Origin: Scyliorhinus canicula
Lineage: Eukaryota
DNA: 64,000 nt
Assembly: GCF_902713615.1 (NCBI RefSeq)
Contig: NC_052156.1
Coordinates: 72,941,631-73,005,630, forward strand
Reading direction: 5' to 3'
The notes under the pieces are model-generated. The model did no database searches. It was given only the letters and a program-made list of their open reading frames with translations, and was not told where the DNA came from. A program made the translations under genes and the position numbers. This document shows, piece by piece, positions 10,743 to 21,939 of the stretch (positions within the stretch are counted from its first letter, which is position 1; each line of letters begins with the position of its first letter).

Positions 10743-11320
10743 AGGGGAGGGAGAGGAGAGGGTACGGAAGGGGAGGGCGAGGAGAGGGTACGGAAGGGGA
10801 GGGCGAGGAGAGGGTACGGAAGGGGAGGGCGAGGAGAGGGTACGGAAGGGGAGGGCGAGGAGAGGGTACGGAAGGGGAGGGCGAGGAGAGGGTACGGAAG
10901 GGGAGGGCGAGGAGAGGGTACGGAAGGGGAGGGCGAGGAGAGGGCACGGAAGGGGAGGACGAGGAGAGGGCACGGAAGGGGAGGGCGAGGAGAGGGCACG
11001 GAAGGAGAGGGCGAGGAGAGGGCACGGAAGGGGAGGGCTAGGAGAGGGTACGGAAGTGGAGGGCGAGGAGAGGTACGGAAGGGGAGGGCGAGGAGAGGGT
11101 ACGGAAGGGGAGGGCGAGGACAGGGTACGGAATGGGACGGCGAGGAGAGAGTACGGATGGGGAGGGCGAGGAGAGGGTACGGAAGGGGAGGGCGAGGTGA
11201 GGGTACGGAAGGGGAGGGCGAGGTGAGGGTACGGAAGGGGAGGGCGAGGTGAGGGTACGGAAGGGGAGGGCGAGGTGAGGGTACGGAAGGGGAGGGCAAG
11301 GAGAGGGTACGGAAGAGGAG
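10743..11320. repeat. 26-bp purine-rich minisatellite, right arm, about 22 units
   Basis: Same unit as 7691-8900. It resumes immediately after the CR1 tail. Confidence 0.95.
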
Positions 11321-13379
11321 GGATTTTGGCTACACCTCAATCCCCAGAAGTGAGACGAGAGGATTATATTAAAAAAAACTCAGCCAACAGACTTGATGTG
11401 TACCCACGATACAGAATGACATACACACTCTGCTCTGCCTTTCCAACCTTACGTGTACCCTCAAACTGAGCAGTTACGCTGCCGCATAAGTCACCAGAGA
11501 GGGGGAAAAGAAGAACGTTTTCATCCTAGCAACTGGTCCAAACTACCCATTCTTTTTCTTTCAGGGGAGGTGCACATGATGGGAGGATGTTGGAAGAAGC
11601 TGGTGCACGGTCAGGGGGAGTTCCAGTTTTGCTTTCTCATGGCTTGTTACCTTTTGAAAATTTTAGTATCATGGTGCTCAAAATCACATGGTGGGAGATG
11701 GTTTGGAGAAATCTAAAAGTACTTAATTGGCTGTGAAGCACTTAGGGATATCGTGAATGACACTACATAAATGGAAATTATTTCTTTTGTCCCTCACATA
11801 CGACCTCCAGAGCATTAAGCATAGCAAACACATCCTGGGAGTTTGTTATTACAGAAAGCTGGGCCTTCTCCATTACAACCTCCACTAGTCAAGATGCTCA
11901 GCCCTGCTGTAGTGTGAACTGGAATGGACTCAGATCATCTATACATGATTTTGTCTGCAAATCGCTGTGAAGTGCTGGAATGGGGGTGCATCAGGTCAGG
12001 AATCATAGGCAGATATACGATGAAACAAACCCTGCATTGACACAGGGCCCAGATCAATAGTGGGATCCTATGCCACGCCGGTGGACTGGGTATCTAATCT
12101 GAGTCTGATTTTGCGCTGTATTTGCTGGGGATAGAGCTATCAGCATCAAATGCAGAGTGAAATCAAACTCTGATTGGCGAGTCTGATTAACTGGTAACGA
12201 ACGGTTAACTTGAGGGGTGGGTGCACAAGGCCACGACGAGAGGGGAGGGAGAGGCTGCTGAGGTTTGTGATCAAACACAAGGAGCAGAGCAGGTGACAGA
12301 TTTCTGCCAGCCGCTGGCATTAGCGGGCCCAGGCTTGCAATGGTCGCGAGGCCCGACATCTGGAGCCCCAGGCTACCCGTTGGGAGATTCCCCCTCTGCA
12401 ATGGCGGCCTGGATACTGAAGACAGATTTTGTGTCCACTTGTGGGCAGGTAGTCCTGTTGGCCCCTAACACACCTCCAGTGAAATAGCCTAGGTGCAGGA
12501 TGGGGTTCCAGGCCATTCGGTAAATTTCTTATCCCATCCACTTCCGTGCTCCCTCCCATTGTGAAAATGAATTGAAAATCCTAACCCCAGGTTAAGTCTG
12601 CACGTCAAGAATTAAACTGAAAGCCGAACTGTTGGTGAGCAAATTTTTATAGGCCTACTTTACAGAAACTCAGAATAAAAAAGAGCCAGAGTTCAGTCAG
12701 TTCAAGGCCCCCAGCCCCGAGGGGTGTTAACTGGATATTTAAATGAAGAATGTGACTCCTGCTGGTTGCAAGAATCCACAAATATGGCAAAAACAGGAGG
12801 AAGGAATGATAACCCGCTTCAAGGCAACTCTCTTGTAACTGCCCACCCTGCCAAATCCCTCGGGAGTCAGAATGTATAAGTAACCAAGGAGGGAATGTTG
12901 ATTCAGTGAAGGCACTTTCTTTCCTCGCCAGTCCTGGGTTCTGTGGAGAGTTGCTGGCATCTCTGACAGACCATTAACCTGCCCCTCCCCCTGCGGTGCC
13001 ACGTCCCGCAGAGCACACTGTGCAATGCGAGAGAGTCCCAGACGCTGTATTCATTAACACAGATGAGGCTGCATGTGCCTCAGGCTGAGTGAGGAGATAG
13101 TATAACAGCCACCATTGTGCAGATGGTAGGTAGCTTGCTGCTCCCCTCCATCCCCAGGAGAAATGCCAACTAATTTGAGTCCCAGCTGTACACCAGCCGT
13201 TGTTTCCCTTTACTTCTACCCTGAGTCACCCCCTGCCTCTTGCTGCTACAGCTTATTTAAAGCGACAGTCCCTCTATGAGACAGACTGACCTAACTTTTC
13301 CCATCAGTATTTTAAAGCACTGTTTTAAGATAGGGAACCCGATCTTGGTGATTTCATCCAAAGCAGGTTTAGCACAGGA

Positions 13380-13556
13380 GGGGCTGGTTTAGCACAGGGC
13401 TAATTAGCTGGCTTTTAAAGCAGACCAGGGCAGGCCAGCAGCACGGTTCAATTCCCGTACCAGCCTGCCCGAACAGGCGCCGGAATGTGGCGACTAGGGG
13501 CTATTCACAGTAATTTCATTTGAAGCCAACTTGTGACAATAAGCAATTTTCATTTC
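13380..13556 (+). mobile_element. Short SINE with (ATTTTC)-type tail
   Basis: Head gggctggtttagcacagggct...ggttcaattcccgtacc; tail cttgtgacaataagcaattttcatttc. Confidence 0.8.
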
Positions 13557-13904
13557 AAGCTTTCTTGCTGATGTTCTATGAAATCTGGTTCACCCATCAC
13601 CCCCCGTGCTAGCTGTCCTAGGTTGATCCCTGCCCAATAACAATATCACATTTCTCATCAGGGTTCTAATCCCTCCATGACTTTGCCTTTCCTTATTACT
13701 CCAGCCTTCCAAACCCTCCCCCTATCAGAGTGGCTTTGTATTGTTTCCTGTGACCACCATGAGAATGCTCTCCTTATGAGAATGCTCCCTTTCAAAGGTT
13801 CGCATTGGTTAGAGAGTGTATCAGGCATTCTTACTACAGTAGTGACTGTCTCACTATTGTGTGGATGCTTGGCACGCCAGCTCAGGTGAACATGGTATCA
13901 TAAT

Positions 13905-14350
13905 GAAAGCAGAAAGCACTGAAAATACTCAACCCGGTTTGGCAACATCTGTGGAGAGAGAAACAGAGTTAACATATCAAGTATGACTCTTCTTTTGAAC
14001 TAAAGAGAGTCATATTGGACTCGGAATGTTGGGCGGGATTCTCTGTCCCTTCGCTGGCGATGGAATTCTCTGCTCCCGCTGGCAGCACACCCCTGCCCGT
14101 GGATTTCCCAGTGAGGTGGCTTCAATGGGAAATCCCACTGACAAACTGCGGGAGTAGAGAATACCGCTGCCAGCGAACGGTGCACCAAATTCTCTGCCCT
14201 CACTAGCAATGGTAGTGGGGCGGGTGCGCAACGGAGAATCCCGGCTGTCAACTCTGTTTCGCTCTCCACAGGTGCTGTCGGACCTGCTGGCTATTTCCAT
14301 AATTTTCTGCTTTTATTTCAGATCTCCAGCACTGCAGTATTTTGCTTTTA
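13905..14350. mobile_element. Penelope-type inverted-repeat remnant interrupted by a MITE
   Basis: Arm gcaacatctgtggagagagaaacagagttaac is mirrored by gtcaactctgtttcgctctccacaggtgctg. Confidence 0.55.
14031..14245. mobile_element. MITE, Harbinger-like TIR family
   Basis: TIRs GGGCGGGATTCTC...GAGAATCCCGGC. Confidence 0.75.
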
Positions 14351-15381
14351 TTTATAATATCATAACACTCCTGTAAAGTGCCTCAGGATGTTTTTACACA
14401 TTAAAGACTTGTATGTAAATGATGCTGTTAATTAATTGGCAAGGAACTCAATTGGACACACCAACATGACAGTGGTGATTCCTGTTATACTGTTGTGAAG
14501 AATGGGTCGGGCAACTAGGCATGGAGGTGCTTATTGGGCAATGCCTAGATGTGTTACCTGACTGAGCCCATGTTTAATATTAAACATCAAAATAAAAAAA
14601 CAAGGTGATGCACAGGGTGAACATCTTTGGATGCTTATTCTGAAACTAGCCCTGATTACAAAGTCACAAAATATTTACAGCACAACAGACCTTTTGATCC
14701 AACAGGTCCATTTCAGGTGTTTATTCTCATGAGCCTCCTCACACCCGGTTTCATCTCACCCTTATCTGCTTATCTAACTTCCCTTTAAACAGACCAATGC
14801 CATCTGCCTCAACTACTCCACATGTTCCACATTCTAAGCACCTTCCAGTAAAGAAGTTTATCTTGAATTGCTTAATTAATGACTAACTTACATGTATGGC
14901 CTCTAGTTGTGTCTTTGCCTGCAAGTGGAACTTTTTTCTAAACTTAATCTTTCTAATCTCTTCAGGTCTGATGGGTTAAGGATGCTATTTTTCCTTAGTC
15001 TGCCACTGTGAGAGTTTGATATGAAATGAGTTCGGCAGTCTCAAACCAGTTTCTGTCACATGGAGCCATAGCATAAAACAATTCATAATTTGGCAGCCTC
15101 AAGCTTTTCACGCGTTGAACATTGAATTTAGTTTAGCAGAGACGCCTCTTTCGGCACACACCTTGTTTATGTCAGGTGAATTCAACAAGAAAGACAAACT
15201 GACCTTCCTTGATGTGAAGTTGCCTGCATAACCCAGCCTGCCTGTGAACTACCATTGATGTCCATGTGGACTGCAATGCAGGAAGCACAGTTACAGAAGG
15301 AAGAACACGGAACCAATCCCACCATGCTTTTCCACCAAGCCCTGTTTTCATCAGAGACACTGGGTGGAAAACCCAACTAGA

Positions 15382-15670
15382 ACCTAGAATTCCTGCAGTG
15401 CAGGAAGAGGCCATTCGGTCCATCGAGTCTGCACTAACCCTCTGAAAGAGAACCCTACTTAGGCCCACTCCCCCGTTCTATCCCTGTAACCCCATAAAGC
15501 CACCTAACCTGCACATCTTTGGACTGTGGAAGGAAACCAGAACATCCGGAGTAAACCCACACAGACACGGGGAGAAAGTGCAAACGCCACAAAGAACGTC
15601 ACCCGAAGCTGGAATTGAACCCAGGTCCTGGTGCTGTGAGGCAGCAGTGCTAACCACTGTGCCACCATGC
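15382..15670 (-). mobile_element. HE1/V-SINE with CR1-type tail
   Basis: tRNA-like head, central domain, and tail gatggaccgaatggcctcttcctgcactgcagg. Confidence 0.85.
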
Positions 15671-15877
15671 CACTCCAGGAGGGGTTTGCTTCCTCAGATA
15701 CCAAGCAGGTTTGAGTTATTTATGCAAAGGGCTGTTGCTCCTTTGCCAGGGAGACACCAGTTGGACAACTGTAGTGAGAAATGGGAACGTCAGACTGTAT
15801 GTCCGACATTACAATAGTGACTACACTTCAAAAGATTTTCATTAGCTGTTAAGCACTTTGAGACATCCAGTTGTTGT

Positions 15878-16205
15878 GGACAGCATGGTAGCACAGTGGT
15901 TAGCACTGTGACTTCACAGCACCAGGGTCCCAGGTTGGATTCCTTGCTGGGTCACTGTCTGTGCGGAGTCTGCACGTTCTTCCCGTGCCTGCGTTGGTTT
16001 CCTCCGGGTGCTCCGGTTTCCTCCCACAGTCCAAAGACGTGCAGGTTAGGTGGATTGGACATGCTAAATTGCCCTTAGGTGTCCAAAAATGATAGGAGGG
16101 GTTATTGGGTTACGGGGATAGGGTGGAAGTGAGGGCTTAAAGTGGGTCACTGCCGACTCGATGGGCCGAATGGCCTCCTTCTGCACTATATGTTCTACAT
16201 ATGTT
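15878..16205 (+). mobile_element. Full-length HE1/V-SINE with CR1-type tail
   Basis: Head ggacagcatggtagcacagtggttagc; tail gatgggccgaatggcctccttctgcact...gttcta. Confidence 0.88.
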
Positions 16206-16264
16206 CCATCTATGTATAAATGCAAGTTCTTATTTTAAAAAATCTCCTGGTATAGCTTTGTGTC

Positions 16265-16483
16265 AATTTTTTATTTTTAAATACCCAATTCTTTTTTTCC
16301 CCCAATTAAGAGGCAATTTAGCGTGGCCAATCCACCCAGCCTGCACGTCTTTAGGTTGTGGGGGATGAGACCCACGCCGACACGGGGAGAACATGCAAAC
16401 TCCACACGGACAGTGGCCTGAGGATGGTACCGAACCCGGGTCCTCGGCGCCGTGAGACAGCAGTGCTAACCACTGCACCGCCC
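16265..16483 (-). mobile_element. HE1-type SINE, poly(A)-tailed subtype
   Basis: Ends aattgggtatttaaaaataaaaa on the minus strand. Confidence 0.85.
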
Positions 16484-18622
16484 ATCAAATTTGTTTTAAT
16501 AGCACTGGGATGTATTTGTATTAATATAAAGACAAGTTGCTGATGTTGTTATTGTCAGAGTTTGCAGCACCAACTGTTGAAATTACAAAATTAGGTACAA
16601 TATATCAACTAATTGTATTTTATGATTAGGACTCAGAAAGGGGATGGAGTTGGGCTAAATGTTAATTCTTCATCTGTTGTGCAAGGGGATTGCTAAAGGA
16701 CTGGCTTCTCAAAAGGGGATAAGTCCTGCAGCCCTGGGCCAACCATTCAGAAACAGTCACTTAATGAGTGGCATCTTCCAAGGCCAGCATTTCACTGCAG
16801 TGAAGTTTTCGGTTCAGTGCCAACAGCGACATAGGATAAGGCCACTCACCACAAACATAGGGACAATATGGGTAGGACAAGCGCTACTTGGTCATACAGT
16901 CGCAATGTGTTATGCACTGCGATGCAGACACTCGCCACCCCACTTAGAGTAATCTCCTGGGACAGATGAGAAATCAGGCCCTGGAGCAGTCAAGGACAGC
17001 AACCTAATGGGGCTCAAAAAGCATGCTGAGCCTGGGGTACCGAGTACACCAGTCTGTGTGATTTCAGTCTGACTGTGTTATATTACAAATGCTAATTTCC
17101 TAAGGTAGCCAACAGAGCAGGATTGCAAAACAATAACAAAATCCAGTCATTTCTCAGATTCTAGCTCTGTAAATTATGTGGCAGGAAGTCAAAAACCAAT
17201 CCATGCATATCTAAAAATAATAATAGTTCTTCATTTCCTTTCTCTTTATGTACTTACAGCAGTCTGACCGAAGCCTCAGCATGAGGTGCACTTCAACCAA
17301 AGGAAAGAAACATTTGTGGAATAAAAAGCAGATCACGGGAACTCCTGTTGCCGCACAGGAATAGTTGCTCATTCGGCACCCAATCCATCCACAGGTGCAT
17401 AAGTGGATTCTCCTGCCCGTGGCATATTGTTGTATGCCAATTGTCCACCTCTGCTCGGTGCCCCTCTCTCTAATCCTTGCTGCCTCTCCAGTCCTCGCCA
17501 CCCCTCTCTCAGGCCTTCTCCCTCTCCCAAACCCTCACCGCTTTTCTCATGAGCCCTCAGCCCCACCACGTCATCCGCAGAAGAGAGCTGGCGAAGGGGG
17601 GATGGGAGGTGGGTGAATGCTCTGGAGGTTTAGTGACAAAGACTCAGCAGGAATGCAAGGGCTTGGGAGGGGTGGAGAGGACTTGGGGAGGGTGGGCGAG
17701 GGCTCAGGAGGAGGTGGCGAGTGAGTGGCAAGGAGGGTGGGCAACGGGCACACAACAAAATCAGCAGTGGAAGAAACTTTGCATGTGTTGACGGACAAAG
17801 CAGGCAGGCACAAATGTTCCTTTGTGTCATCTGCAAATGCAGCCAAAGCAGAAACTCCAATATTAACACTGCATTCATGCTGCATCCATGCCTGGCGCCT
17901 TTCTAGCAGGCATGTGTTCAGCAGCGTGCGAGGTCCACTTTAAAGCAAAGATCTGACTCATTCAAATTCAAAGTTTGGGGTCTGATGACCTTATTAGAAC
18001 CTGCGGCTATATGCACGGGTTACACTCTGTGCACAGTTCATATTTATTTAACAGGGTAAGGGTTACTAGTTTAAGCTTCACTCACAATCGGTGCCCTATT
18101 AATTAGAATGGATTTTGGGATCTTAGTAAAGTGCACAGTCCTGAGGTTGTTGAAAGAACACGAGTGATTATCCTGTGCTGACAGCCTCATTGTTTGAAAT
18201 TGGGACCCTCGAGAAATGTTTGCCATTGTGCTGGTAATGGATCAGGACTGAGGGTTCTCCTATCCATTAGACGGAATGGATGAGATGGACTGACTGACCC
18301 TTCTCATTCCACGGGTCATTGTTTTGAGGTATTAAATGACAATCAGCTGCTGCACAGCCATGCTGCAATTAACATATTGAATCGTAACTCTACTGCCTTT
18401 GTGCCTCATATAATTTGCCTAGTGTCAGCTGTCTTACTGGAGCCATGATTTAGCCTGTGCTTCCACCTTTCTTCCCGCAACCCCCCCCCCCCCCCGCTGC
18501 ACCCCCCACTGCACCCCCTCCCCACCACAACCCCCCCCCCCCCCCACCCGCACACCCCCACCCGCACCACCTTTATCCACGCTCCAATCCACGGGTTACC
18601 AGACAGATTCACAGTCCCTTAC

Positions 18623-18747
18623 CACATTGGTGTCCTGTTCAAGTGCATTATCAGAGATGTCCACAAGGTTCGATATCTTGGTCTTTGGCCGGTTACAGTC
18701 TAACTGAATCAGGGGTCGGCAGCGATAGTGACACCGGAATCTACAGT
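18623..18747 (-). CDS. RASSF1: RASSF1 exon 2-alpha/beta (C-terminal half of the C1/DAG-binding zinc finger of RASSF1A), 125 nt, phase 1/0
   Basis: Not in the ORF track. Minus strand reads ctctttgctcctgtttcag|ACTGTAGA...AATGTG|gtaagg and translates to xCRFRCHYRCRPLIQLDCNRPKTKISNLVDISDNALEQDTNV. This matches human RASSF1A HCKFTCHYRCRALVCLDC...AVERDTNV as recalled. It lies upstream of exon 2-gamma on the same strand, as in the human gene. Confidence 0.93.
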
Positions 18748-18862
18748 CTGAAACAGGAGCAAAGAGAAAAAGAGGCTTAGGATTTGTGCCCAGGCAAATA
18801 AATTACACCGAGGAGGAGCTGATTGTTTAACCCAATTATTTATCATTATCATGAACATCACA

Positions 18863-19037
18863 TCAGCGGGATTCTCCGTTGCACTGGCAGTGCACCCATG
18901 CCCACATGTTTCCCGGCTGCGTGGGGTGACCACATTGAACAATCCCATTGTCAGGTGGCGTGAATGGAGAATCCCGCTGCTGGCGAGGGTGTGCCGCACA
19001 GAAAAGCGCAGCTGCCGGACCGGAGAATCCTGACCCC
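18863..19037. mobile_element. MITE, Harbinger-like TIR family
   Basis: TIRs CAGCGGGATTCTCCG...CGGAGAATCCTGAC, about 115 bp upstream of the RASSF1 exon 2-alpha/beta acceptor. Confidence 0.7.
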
Positions 19038-19252
19038 CATCTTTTATACGATCGGTCCTCCTGTCTCCTATACATGTCCACGACCATTGGACTCGCCAAC
19101 TCTTGTTGGGACTGTATTCTTGGACATTTCACCATATGATCACCTGCTTGCAACTGCCCTGCTTTGATAACCCTGCCTTCCACCAATATGTCAACAAGTC
19201 AATAATGGTAGCTTCAATACCCACAATCCTCTTCAATCCAAAAGCTCAGAGA

Positions 19253-19765
19253 GACATAGAAAATAGGATCAAGAGAGGGCCGCTTGCCTCATCGAGCCTG
19301 CTCCGCCATTCAATGTGATTATGGCTGATCCTCAATCGCAACATCATATTCCTGCTCTCCCTTGACTTGTTTAGCATCTAGAAATCTCTTCACTTCTGTC
19401 TTAAATATGTTCAGTGACTTGGCCTTATGTGGTATAGAACTCCACAGGTTCACCATCCTCCGAGTGAAGTAATACCTCCTCATCTCAGTCCCAAGTTGGC
19501 TACCCAGTATCCTGCGACACTGACCCCTTGTTCTAGATGTCCCCGAGCCATTCTTCTGAACTCCAGTGAATACAGGCCTAGTCAACCTGATCCCTCCTAA
19601 TATGACAATCCTGGCATCCCAGGAATCAGTATAGTGAACCTTTGTTACACTCCCCCTATGGTAAGTATATCTTTTCTTAGATAAGATGATCAATATTGCA
19701 TTTAATACCTTGGGAGTGGTCTCACAAGGCCCTGTACAGCTGCAGTAAGACATCCTGCCTCCTTT
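19253..19765 (-). mobile_element. Degenerate CR1 3' fragment
   Basis: Frameshifted remnants (MRRYYFTRRMVNLWSS, NIFKTEVKRFL) plus a CR1-type 3' UTR. Confidence 0.75.
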
Positions 19766-19914
19766 ACTCAAGGGCGTGATGCACCTCTGTCGAACGTGAT
19801 GCGGCCAGCCAATGCTGGGGAGAGCCTTCTTGCGGGTTTCCCAAAAGTTTTCATGCCTCGCGGGATTCACACAAGTCCAAAGAGGCATCGGAGTCAGAAT
19901 CTCGCCCACAAGGG

Positions 19915-20385
19915 ACATAGAGAAATACAGCACAGAACAGGCCCTTCGGCCCACGATGTTGTGCTGAACTTTTGTCCTAAGTTAATCATAGAATTTTGGA
20001 CCCAAAGAGCAATTTAGCATGGCCAATCCACCCAACCTGTACATCTTTGGACTGTGGGAGGAAACCGGAGAACCTGGAGGAAACCCACACACACATGGGG
20101 AGGATGTGCAGACTCCACACAGACAGCAACCCAAGCTGAAATTGAACCTGATACCCTGGAGCTGTGAAGCAATTGTGCTATCCACAATGCTACCGTGCTG
20201 CCCTTAAGAACAAATTAATCTACACTCCATTATTCTACCATAATCCATGTATCTATCCAATAGCCGCTTGAAGGTCCCTAACGTTTCCGACTCAACTACT
20301 TCCACAGGCAGTGCATTCCATGCCCCCACTACTCTCTGGGTAAAGAACCTACCTCTGACATCCCCCCTATATCTTCCACCATTTA
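19915..20385 (-). mobile_element. CR1 3' end with an HE1 SINE inserted at about 19987-20203
   Basis: Tail cacagaacaggcccttcggccc and FFTQRVVGAWNALP-type coding remnant on the minus strand flank the SINE. Confidence 0.75.
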
Positions 20386-20574
20386 CCTTTCAGCCCCGGT
20401 ATCGCTCTAATGAATCAGTGCTGCATGCTCTCAATCCCGGGAACTCCTTCAGGTCAGATCGAGCTCAGGTGGAGCCCTCAACTCAGTTTCCCCACTCCAG
20501 GGCTTATGCAGAAAGCTCAGGGCCGACACTGCGATGCAGCGCTGAGAGTGTGCCGTACGGCGCACAGTCAGAGG

Positions 20575-20718
20575 GGCAGCACAGTGATTAGCACAGTTGC
20601 TTTGCAGCTCCAGAGTCCCAGGTTCGATTCCCCGCTGGGTCACTGTCTGTGTGGAGTCTGCACATTCTCCCCGTGTCTGCGTGGGTTTCCTCCGGGTGCT
20701 CCGGTTTCCTCCCACGGG
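20575..20718 (+). mobile_element. HE1/V-SINE 5' part inside a larger Harbinger-like non-autonomous element
   Basis: gggcagcacagtgattagcacag...ggttcgattccc...gggtgctccggtttcctccca. Confidence 0.75.
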
Positions 20719-21569
20719 ACCAAATGGCGTGTGCCGAAGCAGATTGTGAACCGGATTCAGCGAATGTACCCGGTATCCACCGGCATTGCGGGATCCACCA
20801 GCCTCCCCAGTGAGGCAAGGGCCGGGTGCTGGTCAGCACTGGTCCACACAAATGTGGAACAGGCAGAACGACACTCAGGCGGGGTAGGGGGGGGGGGGGG
20901 GTGGGGGTTGGTTCTCCCGGGCCAATGGAGACCCCTGGGTGGTCAGGGATAGTGCAGGCTGGCCTCCTGGCCTTCTCCTTGGAACATGGGCACCTTGGCA
21001 CTGCCCAGTTGGCACCTTGGCACTGCCTGCCAAATGGCACTGCCAAGTCAGGAGCACTGCCTGGGTGCCAGAGCAAGGGTGGCACTGCCAAGGGGGGGCA
21101 TGCCCATGAAAGGAGGGTGGGGGTATGTAAGGCAGGCAAGTAGGAGCCTCTGGGAGGGGGGTGGGGGGAGGGATGACGGGTGAGGTCCTGAAAGTGACGG
21201 GGTGCTGTAAGGGGGTTTTGGGGGGGGGGGGGGGACCTGAAGCGGGAGTACACGCAGGTGTCCTCACTTGGGAGGAGGTATGGGGTAGTCCCATCCTGGG
21301 ATGTGTGGGGGACCCTGATGTACTATTACGCAAAGACAAGAGTAGGATGTAATCGAGGCTTTGTTACACTGAGATGTATGGCCTCCTACAGCAGCTGACA
21401 AAATGACTGCTGTACGGGGTGCGCACATATTTATACTCCATCTACTGGGCGGAGCCAGCAGGCAGGGATCTACTCCCATACCTGTAGTACAGGGGCCTTA
21501 CCGTAAAACACCTATAACAACATCCTCTACATACAATATATACCTATATATACAATATAATACAATATA

Positions 21570-21817
21570 ACCTGTGATTATCCCTTTCCCTGCATCTGTA
21601 ATGATTTGATTACCTGCAAATGCCTGCATTCCAAGCATTGTCCAGCATCTCTGACTTTGTCTATATAAATGTTTCTGGAACATACCTCGCCATTCACCTG
21701 AGGAAGGAGCCGCGCTCCGAAAGCTCGTGTTTGAATCAAACCTGTTGGACTTTAACCTGGTGTTGTAAGACTTCTTACTGTGCTCACCCCAGTCCAACGC
21801 CGGCATCTCCACATCAT
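21570..21817 (+). mobile_element. Penelope-like element terminal fragment
   Basis: Characteristic aaacctgttggactttaacctggtgttgt...ccccagtccaacgccggcatctccacatca end. Apparent TSD tacaatata at 21561-21569 and 21818-21826. Confidence 0.7.
21692..21736 (+). ncRNA. Minimal type I hammerhead ribozyme motif (Penelope-associated)
   Basis: ATTCAC-CTGAGGA-A-GGAGC(CGC)GCTCC-GAAA-GC-TC-GTG(TTT)GAAT. Core CUGANGA, GAAA and UH are intact, stem II is 5 bp, and stem III is the palindromic AGCT. Confidence 0.65.
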
Positions 21818-21939
21818 TACAATATATACATCAGTGGTGACTACCAAAGACCCACAAGCTCACTTAGAGATCAGGGCACCCTTTCAAAATGGCAGCCCTA
21901 TCTCAGAGTTCAGCTCCCCAGTGCTAAAATAAATTCCAA

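Larger units (their letters stand above)
21316..21848 (-). mobile_element. Solo Gypsy LTR related to the LTRs of the 49815-54426 element, interrupted by a Penelope fragment
   Basis: 5-bp TSD GACCC at 21311-21315 and 21849-21853. Shares the tatttata, gggcggagc, acctgtagtacagg and cagtgg...acca blocks with the 49815 and 54175 LTRs. Confidence 0.8.

Noticed and set aside
8881-10762. TSD for the CR1 insertion
   Set aside because: The roughly 20-bp flanking similarity cannot be distinguished from the tandem repeat itself.
5270-11320. CRISPR-like array
   Set aside because: Head-to-tail tandem units without unique spacers, in a vertebrate context with no cas genes.
7559-11340. Pro/Leu/Ser-repeat ORFs on the minus strand and other RG-repeat ORFs
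   Set aside because: Translations of the 26-bp minisatellite. Only the frame fused to the RT is discussed, at low confidence.
13990-14030. Second hammerhead in the Penelope-type inverted repeat
   Set aside because: The CUGANGA and GAAA cores are mutated and a MITE interrupts the site.
15878-15950. tRNA genes at SINE heads
   Set aside because: The A/B boxes are present but continue into SINE bodies, and no complete cloverleaf forms.
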